The notes under the pieces are model-generated. The model was not told the DNA's origin, did no database searches, and was given only the letters and a program-made list of their open reading frames with translations. Below, one piece after another: positions 37,146 to 51,900 of a stretch of 64,000 nt of DNA (within the stretch, counting starts at the first letter, position 1; every line of letters starts with the position of its first letter). The position numbers and the translations under genes are program-made. Location of the stretch: NCBI GenBank assembly GCA_001938485.1, contig MQRK01220805.1, forward strand, positions 12,757-76,756, given 5' to 3'. Source of the stretch: Girardia tigrina (Eukaryota).

Positions 37146-40100
37146 TCAGGTACAACTAGAAACATCTGTATATTTGTCCAGCCGTTTTCCAAAGTCATCT
37201 ATTTGCTTTAGTGTGTTACTGAAATTGCTAGATTTATCTAAACTGGTTCCAACTAAAGAACTCGCTAAACTTTCCCTGTTCGTCGATGGCGTCGGAAGAG
37301 ATCTTCGAAATGAATTTGAAGATGAATGAGACAAGGATAAAATTGCAGAACTAGTTGATTTATGAACTAGTCTCGGGATTGCTGAAATATTTGTGCTATT
37401 GGGTCGGCTGCTGCGCCTCTCTAGAATGGGAGAAACACTGGTAGTGGGAGTAATATTGTAGCGCGTGTGACTGGCTTGAGCTCGGTTCTCAATTCCTGAA
37501 TCCAATGATTCATTGGGAGTTTCAGAGCTAGATATTTTCATATCATAGTTTCTTGAATGGAGTACTAACGGTTCATTGTATTTTCCAGTGAGATCACCGT
37601 TGGGCCTGTGGCTGGACGATGTTTCTGTCTTATTAAAACCAGTATTGCAATTAATTCTGTCTTTAGCAGGAATACTATTTGGCTGTCGATTAGAATTATT
37701 AATTTGACAAGAAATGGTATTTGGAGTGATTGAAAATTTTGGTTGTTGTAATTGGGAACCGACTTTATTGAGTCTACTGCTTAGAGAAACTTTAGAATTT
37801 GTTGATTGAATAATCCGAAAGAACCTTGAAGATTTTATTATAAGAAAAGAAAAATAATTTTAATTTTTACTTAATATACGCAATTATAGCAACAGCAACT
37901 GCTTTCAACTTAAACTTAAAGAAATTTCTTTGAATAATAAGTTTCTGCTGATCTGTGAGCAGCGGGGTCACAATATAATTACGTAGTTTTGTAGGTAATT
38001 GAGACAGAATGTATTCCTTCTGTGAGATTAATTGTTGTCGCCATCTTTCGGACTTATCAAGACTAGATTGCAACTCGATTATCTTAAAAAATACATTAAT
38101 TAATTATGAAAAATCACAACGTAATAAAGTATGAATAAACAATAGTTCACCCTTTGCCAATAATTTTCAAATTTCGATTACAAAATATTCAAATCATAAA
38201 TAAAATTTATTTTTAAACTTATTAAGAACATAAAGACAAGTCTCATTTGAATTCTTATTACAATCAAATTTAGAGTAATTACGACTCTCAGAAGGTCTTT
38301 CATCGCTTGCCATCATTCTAATTGGTTTTCTTATTTCTGCTTTTAATCATGATTATTCGAACATTTTTTTCTAAGTTATTTTTTAAAATATTAATTAAAA
38401 AATAATAAATTTTACCATTTCTCAATAAATCCCAAAATAATAAAAATATCATCAAATTATTAAAAATCCATTTAATTTAAATTTTACTAAAAATTATTAA
38501 ACTTAATTTTAATTCTGAAATTAAAAATATGAACTTATAAAATGATTATTTTAATTATCTTCGAATAGTCAATCACTTTAAATTTAATAAAATATTCCAA
38601 ACAATACTGTTTTTTGTTCCCTAATATTTATTTTAGCCTCCGTTCGATAAAGTTTAAATTATATAATAAAAATGAAGCCTAACACCGAATAAATGTAAAT
38701 ATGCAGAACAATATCCGATATTTCCCCCTAAAGGACAATTTACATGGTTATTAAGTAGGGAGGACACCTAAAAATAAGTGACACTGTCCCGAATAATTAC
38801 AAAAAATAACATTAGTAGACTTTTAAACTAGACTTTTGCTGTTAACTGTACATTTGGCGTACTTATCTGCAAAGGACTATAATTTGCATTATTAATAGTC
38901 TTTGAAATATTTTCTTCCATTACAACAAACACTAAGACAATGCCTGATTCTTCCATGTTGGTTACTATTTCCTTAAAACACTAAACCTCTTGTCCTTTAT
39001 TTTAAAGATTGAAATCTAATTAATTATTTTAAAATATTTTCTTTTAACATTTTGAAATTGACTACGAAAAAACGTTTCGAATATTGTCTCATACGGAAAA
39101 GTTCGTTCACCGTCGTAATCTAATTACGTTTCAGATTAGATTAATTACGCAATTAAGATTTTTATAACTTATTTTTTACAACTTTATGAAATTTTATAAA
39201 TCAAATACCAAATAAATCATTGAATTTTATTTTTTATTTCTAAGAATATTAATAAAGAATAAGTCTTGATACGGATATAAGTCCTGAAGATATGAAAACA
39301 ATATAGAGAAATAATAAGATAATCTGTAGTGTAAAAATATTTTTAGACAATACGTTGGAAAAATGAAATATATCAATTATCGCATTTCCACCACCAAAAA
39401 GAGGACATGACTGAATGGCATAAATAATTTCCCAAATATCTATAATAGTCTTACGATAATAATTTATATTTATTTCAAGTGAAATTCCCCAGTCAATCAC
39501 TCTGTCATTCACACTTGACATTATGGAAAACTTAGGCTTTCAAAAAACTAATTTAAGAGACCCAAAATAACGAAATTCGAAAAGTTTAGAATCGTAATTT
39601 ATTAGAAAGAATTAATTTTACACAATTATATAAATGCCTTATATCGTTTGGTCTTATAATTAACTTTTTCATTCAATTTTGATTTATATATATATGAGTA
39701 TTGTGAACGCTAATTTAATATACTTGAAAAATAATTTTGTTAAAGCATTTTTCTAAGAAATTATACATGTTTCTGAAATTCTTTGTGAATCATATTTATA
39801 TTTGTTACTTACTTCTCTTCTTATTTTTACTAAGGTTACTTTTTTATAAAATTATTAAAAGGGAAAAATATAATAAAATATTTATTTAATTTTAAGATAT
39901 TATTGGATAATAATTGCAAAAATTTTTTAAAATTTTAATTAAAGATTTGAAATGACTTTATTTTGTTCATTTTGAATGTTTATTAATTATGTAAAAATTA
40001 TGACCACAAACACGGGTTAGGAAAGGACTAAAGATATGAATTTGATTTTTGTTAGTTTTCGAACATAAACTAACTGAATCTATCTATCAATTGTCAAAGT

Positions 40101-42771
40101 CGAAAATGTGTTCACTTGTGTTATCTTTTCACCCCTATCTTCACCCTCATCGCTTTTAGAAGAAATATCCTGAAATATATCTTCTTCCTCGATGAATTGA
40201 TTTTCTTATTAAATACATCACAGGCAGCCAAATTGATTCCATGATTGAAACATAAATGACTAAATGATTATTTAGCTTGATCAATGTGTAAGAACTATTT
40301 TTCTCAGTTCGTAGAGCACCCCACAATTAGCCTACTTTAGTAGGTGTCGGCTAATTTGTAAAGTTACAGATACAGCTGATGTACTTACCTGGTGTTCACC
40401 AAATTTTATTTGTCATTTTGACGAATATTGGTTGACCTCTTGACTTAAGTCGACCTCCTCAGTAATAAATGAATGAAAAAGAACAAGAAGAATTTAAAAT
40501 GTACAAAGTCACAGTACTCTTCATTTGGTTGCGTATTTGCTATTGATCACCTTTGGGAGTTCGTCCCTCATGATTAAACCCTATGTTTATGTTATATAGA
40601 GGTACTGGAAACGATTTCGGACTTACGTTCCGTGAGATGGTGAGGAAATCCTACTCATTGTCTCGGTATTGCATTAGCGCTGCCGGTCGACCTCTATGCG
40701 TAAAGATTGCCCATTTGTGTTCTTTTTGATTAATACGAAATAATCTTCTGCTCATGATGTGGTGGGTCTGTCAATAGAGTTTTTACAGTGTAACTCTGTA
40801 CTTTGTATACCTTGCAGTCACTGTGGATAGACTTTAACAAGAGGACAGGTTGGTATACAAACAATCTTCCAAGAAAGCAGTAATAAACTTTTTTTGTTTC
40901 GATGCTTTATCTTCCTACACCGTAATGTGTAGCCAGGGCTATCTTGATGTATGGATCCCTGGTTTTCTTGTCCCTCAGTGGGACTGTAATGTTATGAACC
41001 ACATAAATATATGTATTATAAAATAAATTTATTACACATTTAATACGATGTTCTGATATTGTTTATGAATGTAAAGGGTGTGATGTCAAATACATTGGAG
41101 AAACTGTCCGTCATCTCTGTAAACGAATTCGCAAAGAAAGGACGAATAATATTACAAAAGATACTAAAAAAATTAAATGAAATGAAGATTTATAATTTCA
41201 AGATTCTGAGAGTAGTTTAATAGTTTCTGAGAGTGTCGTATGAAGTGAATATGTTATAATAGAATATTTCTTACATTTCAAAAGTTAGTAATTGACTTCT
41301 TTTTTCTTTTATGGCTTATCTTATTATCTCTTACAAAACTCCATATGTAGTGTCCCATTATCCCTGAAAATGTTTCTCCATCAACTGTATGTCATGGTGC
41401 AACATCTCCCCATGTTTCTTACTAACAGTATCTATATTTTCTGGAAAGCAATCAAAAAAAGCAATGAATGTAGGTAGTGGAATTAGAATGAAATTGTACA
41501 CCTCGAGGCTTGATAGTTAAAAAGGAGTTCTTCCACAAGATCATTGTATTTTGGGTCTTTTTGTAGCCCAGAAATACATTAACGACATTCCTGAATGCAA
41601 TCCATACTCTTCTTTGGGTACCTGTCAATTTTGGAAGAGTTTTGTCCATATTAATATATATTATCGTCCATTAATAGAACAGATTTTTAAATATTCGAAA
41701 CCAAAACAAAAACAGAGTCTGTATCAAACAAAAATATCAAAAAAATATTAAACACAGAATATTTTTAAGAATTCTGATTGGATATAAATAACTTAAAACA
41801 CTAAGGTTTATTTATAAAAAAACTAGTATTCTAATTATTTTTTTTAATTATACGAAAATATTAAAAAAAAGCAATTTTTAATATTTTAAAAACATAAATT
41901 TAGTATTGAAAATCATTTTTCAAGTACCGAGATTTTCTCAAAATAAGCGCAATATCCCCAATCAGAATTAATTTATTTTTCTGTAATTTGATACAGAGTA
42001 TCCAATAAAAGTTTTGAAAACGCTTTTTTCTTTCAATGGGCGAACTACTGGAAGATGCTTAGTTAAAAGCGAAACAAGGAGTAGTATGTCTTGAATTAAT
42101 ACACTAAATTTCAAAAGAAATTATCATTCGTGTAAAAATCGAAACAAATCCATTTGAAAATCAAAAGAAACATTTACTTTATTCGTCTGAATAATATATA
42201 TTTTTGTGCTAAGAGAGTCAATATCTTGATGAATAAAAGAATGATCTCTTGGCTCCGACATCGATTCAGTATCCGTGATTGAATCTAAAGAATCCGATGA
42301 TCCAGTTGGTTTTGGTCTATTTGAAATATTCTGAAAGATTAAAATAAATAATATTGATGCCTGTCTCAAAAGACGCTTACACTTTGATTAAGAAAATACT
42401 TTTCAGCTTTTTCCGAAGACAGACCCTTAATTTCAGTAGATTGATAATTAGAATGCTGAGGTAGTTTTTTTTGACTTCGATTGAGATATAAATTTATCAT
42501 TGATTGCATAGATTTTATAGATTGCAGTAATACAAGAAGCTCAGAATTACTTCGATTGAGAGTGCTATCAGCACTATATGGACGGGATTTAAAGACGGAC
42601 TTTGTATTTGAATCCCCGAACAAATCATTGTGATTTTCTCCAGATGTAGTAGGACTAAAATGTAGTGCCAGGAGCTCAATTCTTAGCTGTAACATTTTTA
42701 GAAGCCAGTTTACTTGAGATAAGATACCTTCATCCTTATCCTGAATATACAAATAGTTAGTTTTAAATATT

Positions 42772-42806
<35 letters not shown>

Positions 42807-42856
42807 NNNNNNNNNNNNNNNNNNNNNNNNNNNNNNNNNNNNNNNNNNNNNNNNNN

Positions 42857-42912
<56 letters not shown>

Positions 42913-45900
42913 TTTAGCCTATTTATGGAAATTAAGAAAAATATCAAAATTCTCAAGATATTTCAGGATACAAAACAGACACAGAAGAATTTATTGAAGT
43001 AAAACTTACCAATTGACAGACAAAAAGCAGAATTCAGTATTTTGAATGGTGTCCATTATTTTTCAAGATCTCTTGAATCCGAAGAGGCATGCTGTCAGAC
43101 AGAACATTACAAAAACTAGGAGAGAGTTCGACTGACCAAACTTTTCGGATGATCTCAATCAGATTGTTCACGTTAGAACAGGCTTCTGCATTGAAAGTCT
43201 GCCTTTCATTTCATCTAAATATTCTCAATGTGATTTATGTCTGGGCTTTGTCCTGGCCACAACAACAACTCGATACCTTCAGCAGTCAATCAGTTTGACA
43301 CAACTCTGGCCTTATGACAAGGCGTGTCATCGTGCTGAAAATGATTACAATCAAGGTGTTCTATTGAAAGTTCTAGATGCTGTTGTAAAATATCATTGAG
43401 GAAATTATTCGGCTTCTTCGTTGTGTTTCTGGGTAAAAAAATACAAATCTCCTGCCCCACTTCCACAGAAACATACTCAAACTGAGGGAAAGTGGATGTC
43501 ACACAGTTACGTGTACTTGCGATTATGGCGTGTATTTGTTGGACGAACATATCAGATGTAACTATTGAATTGATAAAATTGACTTTCATCGGAAAATAAC
43601 ACACAGCTTCACATTTCTGGTATCCAAGAGCCATACTTCTTACAAAAGGCAATTTGAACCTTTATATTCTTGTGAGAGAGAAAAGGTTTTTTTGGCTGTT
43701 CTGCACCCTTTTAAACCTAAAAATTTGTGAACGCGGTGCTTGATTGTACGAATAGAATAGTATTTGGTAATTCTCCTGCAATTTCCTTGGCTGATCACAT
43801 TGGATTGATCGTTGATACTTGCATTTGTAGAGATGTCACATTAGGTCTTCCACATCGCATAGCTGATGGAAAATTGCCACGTTCTCGGTAATTCTTCAAG
43901 GTACGTAATACAACCGACTGATTTACTCATACACCATGAGAAGCATGCACTTGCTTCCAGCCACAGTGTTTGTAAACCACAATTTGGGATTTGCTTTCGT
44001 TAGTGACCTCTAGTTTTCGTGACATTCTTAAAATGAATAATGAATACGATACATGTGACCTACAAGTTCCAGAAATCTAAAAATAACATTAAATTAAGTG
44101 GTTGACATTCAGTAATTATACAGTGTTAGTATACTCATATAGAGTATAAAATTCAGAAAATCAGCGATTATTATGAATATGCTAATATTTTGGTGGCAGC
44201 TATAGATATACGAGGGGCGTTCCGAAAGTAAGTGGAAAAAAAGGAGACGACACCACAAGAAAGCATTTATTGAAGGAATACAATGTCATTCATCATCCTA
44301 ATCACTGTCAAACTTGGTAAGGCAGCGATTTGCATTGATGGTCTCCGACACTTTCCACATTTTCTACCGTGCTCGTCATTGCTGGACGTCCACTCCTGTC
44401 CTCGTCGTCAAAGGATTCACGTCCATTTTCGAATTGATGCACCCAATTGTAGACGGCAGACTTTTGCAGGGCTCTTCCTTGAAACACATTTGATAAGCGG
44501 CGCATAATGTCAGACACTGGAGTATAATAATTCTGAGGATGTTCCGAGAACATCTAACACAAATAAAGAACTATTTGCCTTTCGTTTATTTGATTAGAGA
44601 ATTGATGTTTCCATAGAAACATAACACTTGAAAATTTTGTAACATTAATGCATTAAACTTCTCAGTTTAGTCACCCTATGTCACTATTCATATTTTAACT
44701 TCCATTTAAAAGTACAATCAATTCTCAGCAAAACAAAAGATAAGTAAATATTTTTAAAAAGTTTCTTGAATGAATAATTTTCATTTTCTTTCCAAAGGAA
44801 AAAGATGATGGCACGCTGAGAACGTACTGCGTCTTCCATGTGTTAAACAAAAATGAAAACACTGCCTATGACAGTTTCCTCTATGCCGCTCACATGTTGC
44901 ATGGACCAATGCCACTTTTGCTCGATTTCTATTGGCTGGTAAGTACATCACGCCACCACGACATCTGTCTCTCTGTAAGATGCACACACACGCGCACACC
45001 TGCATACAAGTATTTCCACTTACTTTCGGAACGCCCCTCGTATATATATATGTGTGTGTGTGTGTGTCAATGAAAATCAGACATTAGGATATTCACAATA
45101 AAATAATAAATAACTGAACGGCAGTTATTATATTTTGACGCAAAGTTTTAGGTGGTGTCCTACCGTCCTAATATTACACTATATGTTTCTGCTATGTTAT
45201 CTTTCTTTCATCTTTGTAGTATCAGTAATGTTCGGGTATATAAGTGCATCTTTGTTGTTTTGCTGATATTGATTCATGAGAATGATTGGTTGTATGTAAG
45301 GTGATGCTTTATCGATGGTATGTCGTATTTTAACATTCTGCCGTTTTAGGAAGAATCAATCATTTTTTTGACATCCAGTAGAATAAAGCACTTTTTCAGA
45401 TCCCTTCAGCTGCACTGCAAATATAGTCCATTTTGATATATTCTCGCATTTATTATATTAATTATTTACTCCATCTTTTATCTACAGTGTGTGTTATGTA
45501 GAAATAGTTTTTATTATTTAGTGCACAGGTTTACAACCTCCAGCCATCCATAGTCTCTAATCCGACCAACCAATGTTTTAAATATTACACAATAAAACAT
45601 TATATTGCTTAATCAGATATCTTTTTGTGGCCTTTCATCTTTTTTCTTCACACAATGGCAAGAAAATCTAATATTAAGATCTATTTGACTGAATACAGGT
45701 TGCAATTACTGAAGCTCGTTTACCATCACAGAAATAAGCTCTTGAGTTTTTTTCCCATCACACAAGATTTGAAAAGAAGTGTTCACGAGAGTTCTCGATT
45801 GACGATTGCAAAATTTACTGAATTTTGGAGAAAGGCAAACTTGCCGACAACCTTTTAATGGAACGTCTAAAGAAAATCTACGACAGTTTCAGATGAATGT

Positions 45901-48900
45901 AAAATGAGGAGGTGATAGACAGAAAACAAAGGACGTTTCTGATTCTGCATTCAATTGAAAAAAAAACGTTTAAAGTTTCCCAACCTTGATTTAAACAAAC
46001 ACATTAGAAACAGTGATGACAAGCTCTTTCGGAAAATACAATTATGTAATGGACTTTAAAGTAACTCGATGATACAAGTTGATAGATAGTTTAAACTGAA
46101 AAGGCGACGGACACAAGCAAGGTTGAATGCTATGAAAGCTAGAGAGAAAAGAAATAATGTTGAAGAGAAATCCGTCCATAAATCTCATAACTTAAAGGTA
46201 CCACTGACAATGAAATTTCTTATGAATATGCTAGAGGACTTAAAAAGTGCTACCTCCCAAGAAATGTCATAATATTACAAGTAACGTCTGCTCTAGACAT
46301 TAAAAATCAAAGATTAGTGTATTATTTTCCCAATTGCATTTGTTTCTCAAGCCTTAGGAGAAAATCTAAGTCAATTAGCACTCAATGGATGGTATATTAT
46401 ACGACCCAGGATTGCACACCGACAGGAAGTTGTTACAAACGTTAAAGATTTCTTTTCGCCTAAAAGTATTCATAGTTTTATTTATGATTGGGTTGATCAG
46501 TCGAAATCGATCACAATATCGTCTCGACGAACGTTTTTTGATTTTTAAACTAATTTATTGTCATTTTTTAAATATTTATATGTATTTGATAATTTTATCG
46601 AAATTTAAAATTGATAAGATTAAAATAAAATCAAATACAAATATTCTAAGTATTTTTAGTTATACCGGTTTAAGATTTATAAAAAAAATGTTTCTCAAGA
46701 AAAAAATAAGTTTGTGTAAATACAAGTGTTAATCATTGTTTTAAAAAAACTGAGTATTATAATAAAATTTGGATGTCGGAATTAACTTTTAATAATAATT
46801 CTGAGGATGTTCCGAGAACATCTAACACAAATAAAGAACTATTTGCCTTTCGTTTATTTGATTAGAGAATTGATGTTTCCATAGAAACATAACACTTGAA
46901 AATTTTGTAACATTAATGCATTAAACTTCTCAGTTTAGTCACCCTATGTCACTATTCATATTTTAACTTCCATTTAAAAGTACAATCAATTCTCAGCAAA
47001 ACAAAAGATAAGTAAATATTTTTAAAAAGTTTCTTGAATGAATAATTTTCATTTTCTTTTAATGTTAAATGATTCCTCAATTAGAATAATTAAATTATTA
47101 AAATTTATTAACCTTTGCATCAATATTCCCATTGATTATGTTCAACCAATCCTGGCGATCTTCTTCGTGTTTCAAATGCATATCACTGACAAACCGTTCT
47201 AGTTCTTTTATTCTTCTTTCATAATCCTTGCAAATATTTTTCATGGACTGACATTTAATCTATAAAATAATAACAATAAATCTATTTCAAGTCAGTCTTG
47301 TTACCCGTAATGTTTCGTTTTCTTTCACAAAAGTAATCTCCCTGCGACAAGATATCTGTAGCAGTTGATGAAGTTCATTAACTTCTGTTTCAAGCTTCTT
47401 TCTTCTTTCTTGATATATCTTGACAAACTCATTCATCTTGTCACGATATTCAGTATTTGACTGGATTGTTTCTTGAAGTTCAGTTTTCGTTTTTTCGCTC
47501 TCAATAATTTGGTATTGGAGATTCCTAAAATATTAAATGGCATTATTAACATATAAAATACCATTCAATTGAAACTTTACTATGGGAAAATATTATATTC
47601 CTGATATTTGAGAGAAATATAACGGTCAAAATGAGAAGAAAATCAGTGTTCATAACTATAAAGACATAATTTTAAAAGCCAAACCTTTCCAGAACACAAC
47701 AATAACAGTACACAATCTGTTCGGAATTTAAATTACTATTATTGCTATTTATTCGAACTCCTTTTCGAACTTAAAGATCCTAGTTTCGTATCAAAAACGA
47801 AGATTATTCTTTTTTATTAATGATAATTACTGTTAATTTTTATCCACCATAAATATATTGATATGTATAAATAATAATAATAAAAAAGATTTAAATTAAA
47901 AAAATATATTTAAAGGAAAAAATACATAATAGAAGAAACTTTTAATGTAAAAATCAATTGCTTATTATAAAAAATTTTTTATCCGGACTAGTTGTTTAGA
48001 AATTACGTGTATATTATGATATCCGAGAGTTTAGTGTTTAAAAAGAATTGTCAAATTTTCTTTAGCTCGATTTTAAAATGTAGGTTGTGATCGATATTGA
48101 AGAGTTGTTGAGCTCCAGAAAATTCCTGTGATAAATAGAAATTTTATTAGAATATTAGTGGAAAATGCTTTGTTGTTCTTTTGGAATTAATTATTTGAAA
48201 GTCATTTTTGAGAACTAAATTTGAAATTCAATTGATGAACAATGTCGAATTTCTCAGACTTATTTGGGACTGATATAGCGAATATTAACAATCTGTTGAA
48301 ACGCGCCTTTTCATTGAACTTTGATTTCTCGAATGAGGATATTAACACCGAGGAAAAAATTGACGATATATTCGAAGATAATAAAGTCGAATTCAAAGAC
48401 CTGGAAAGAAATCTTCCCGTTTTGCAACAGTGAATTTGAACGATAAGGATAACAAATTATCAACGATTTTCAACAGAAGCGTGTTCAATATCAAAGCAAT
48501 AAATTTTTTATCAATAAATTTATTCGCCATACAAAATTTAAAAGTTCGCGAATACCGACAAACCGAATCATTTAAAAGTTACACGGATCGATGATAAATG
48601 GGCTCAGCACATCCTTTCTGATTCTGAGCCTTCAGCACAGCATCACCCTGCTATCACCGTCCAATTCTTGGGGCAACTAGGGGATCGGGCGAAACACAAT
48701 CTTTCTTGAATGAGTATGTCATCTGGTAATACTTAAGTGATTTACCATACTTTTAAGGAACATCCTTGTATTCGATTCCATTGGGTATTTCTCGTAATAT
48801 AATATCTCGTATTTGATCTATTTGGACATAACATTACGAATATAAAAAGTAATAACACTGATATAAATAACGATACATTAAAAAATCAATAGATCTACTT

Positions 48901-51900
48901 TATTCAATAAAGTCATTAAAAAATGTAATTACCGTAAAGTCCGGTCTAAAAGACCCCTAGGCGTAGAAGACTGTCTCTTAAAAATCAAAAAGTAGGATTT
49001 AACATTTTTAACATAATTTTCATAATGAAACAGGGTCTTATGGAACTGACTTTACGGTACTTGTTTTAAATTTTGTTTTTAACGTAATTTGTAACATTAA
49101 ATTTTTATATAACAATTATAAAATAATTATATAACAATTATATTTTGTAATCACGAGTTCATTTTGTAAAAATATTTTTTCATTTGTAAAACCAAATATT
49201 TCTGATTCGTTTTTGAAAAAGGAAAAATTCTAATATTATATGAGCTTATATAAGCTTATATGAAAGATCAGCTCAGAAGAGAAGTTTGATAAGTTAACAA
49301 AGACAAAAAGAGAAATAGCAAGTACAATGCCTCAACAGTATCTGAATGATGATATCGAAATGAACTCTAAATGATAGCAGTTAATTAAATTAATTAAATA
49401 AATCGAATAATGACAAGGTCAACAATTTAAACTCACTGTTGTAGGGATTCTATTTGAATTTTGTAGTTATTGCATCTTCTAAATATATCTGCATATTCAG
49501 TATTGAATGAATCCTTTTCTTTTTGTATGTAATCAGTTTGTTGGCGAGATTTCTTTAAAACAATGTTTAAAAAAGCTCCAAATTATGATTTTTACCTTGA
49601 TCAATTCAGCATTTGACTGTTCAACCAATTTGAGCCGTTCATCTGAGACAGAAAGAGCTGCTTCCAATTGTTCCCGAGAGTGCTGTTCGTTCTTTAAAAG
49701 CCGATTTAAGTCAGAACATTTATTTCTTTCTCTTTCAAGGTCATCTCTGGGATAATTTTAAAAATGATTTTATTTAATAAAACATCTGAAGTATTAACTT
49801 GACATGCAACATTTGATTAGTAAAGTCGGACTTCAATATTCTATTTTGATCGGTGATATTCCTGTGGTTTTCAGAAAGGCGACTATTGTTGGCCAGTTCT
49901 TGATCTAACTTCACCCGAAGATTTTTCAATGAGGACTCTTTCTCTTGCAATTCGGTCATTATAAAATCCGCTTAAATATTTTTAAGAAGTGAAACGGTGA
50001 ATCAATCAAATCATACATTTATATTTTAATTCTTGGTTTGTCTTTTTCTGCAACTGAATTTCGTGTTCCATGCAAGATATTTTATTCAACAAAATAGTTA
50101 ACTGCCTTTTGTACATTTGTTCTAACAAATCTCTGAACTGTTTAAAATGTTCACGATTAATACAAATTAAATTTAATATAATTTAAATTACTTTATTCAT
50201 TTTAGGTAATATTTCCCGGGGAATATCATCACCAATGACACACGATTGTAGGACTGTTTCCACTTCTTTTAACAAATCTGGTAACCAGTCCGAGTAGGAA
50301 ATATATCCAATATCAGGAAACATATTCTGCAATAAATTATTAATCTATTATTATCTAACTACATACAGAATAAATACTTGATAATTCGTTATATCATGAA
50401 CTTTTGCTGACAGATCCGTTTGAATAGCCACAGCCTGACAAGATTCGTGACTGGGAATAATATTGCTACATTCTTGTAATAGTTTCTACATTAACAAAAT
50501 AATTAAGATTGATAATATATTATTAATTAACATTGAATTCAATATCGTCATCCAGAGACACCTGAGATTCATTGAGTAGATCATTTACATCAATGGATTC
50601 CAAAGACACGTTGAAATCTGGCTTTATTTCCTAAAAATACTGTTAATATAAAGTTTCACATATGTATGATACAAAAATCGTAAAAAACTCTGAATCTTTA
50701 TTATTTCCATTAAAAACTTAAAAATAGAAAGGATTACATTAATTTAACCACAATCTTAATTTGAAGAAAACTGATATGATCATTAGATTTTAGTTGGTGA
50801 ATGACTACATAACTTAAAGGAAGAAAAAATGAAGTAACTTTCTATTATTCTTATTTTTTATCACAGAGGATAAGATATAAAAATTGAATGTCGGGTAGTC
50901 CGCCTAAATTAATCACTGAAATAAAATTTTTAAATAGCCTTCCGAATTTCGATTTAATTAATTTAATTATTATTTTTTAATGATCATATTAAGTGATTTT
51001 GTCATTGTTATGATAAGATAACTTATTGTAGTGACCTCCTCACCAGTAATATATTCATATTTATTTTAAACTTAAATATACTTTGTTTATTTTATTTTTT
51101 TTAATATTTATTACTAATATAGGCATATTTATATATCTATTACAGTATTTTTTTATTATTTATTGATCATTTATTTATTAAACATAATAATATTTATTTA
51201 TATATTATAGGATATTATAGTATAGCATAATGTTATCAATTAAAAAAAGTCGATAATTAACTTCATTATTCGTAATTATTTACGGTAATATTACGGAAAT
51301 TCACTTTACTCGATTCTACGGTATTGCGATGTAATGTTCGATCGATATACATTGTGTTTATCACAACTCCGCTTTAAATGCTAAAACATTGAATGATAAA
51401 AACTCACTCGTATTTAATTGTGTCGCTTTATGTCTCTCACCCCATTTATATTCAAATCCCAAACTCATCCTCAATTTTTCAATCAAATGGATCAATTATC
51501 CTCTACATCAGGGGTCTACAAACATTTTTCAATGTGGCCCGGATGGAGCATTTGAAGATTGTCTCGTGGGCCAAGAATATAAATTATGGTATTAAAAATG
51601 AATAAAATCAGTGAATACACAGATAAATGATAAGTTTATAAATAATATGAATATATAAAATTATAATTTTAATTACATTATAGTGAAAATTTTAAAAATA
51701 TATTCAAAATAATAACACTAAATTCCATTTAATAATTATTTTAAAAAATTGAATGATTAGCGGAAGGTCTAACTATTGAGAATGGAGTAACTGCTGTTGA
51801 TTTTGTAAAACACAATTCCTTTAAAATCCCACCAGACGAAAAGCATAACCTTCTTTTGGTGAATTTCTGCTTTTGGGATCGTTTTGGCAGGCTCACCACG

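Noticed and set aside
40100-40215. Acidic minus-strand peptide as an extra exon
   Set aside because: No clean splice pair, and exons 42178 and 38082 already join in phase; probably transposon-derived.
43008-43100. Apparent exon with a GTAAGT donor inside the coiled-coil gene
   Set aside because: It translates as the Tc1 transposase C-terminus and contains a stop.
48590-48700. GGGCGAAAC as a hammerhead 3' half
   Set aside because: No CUGANGA core or matching stem II upstream.
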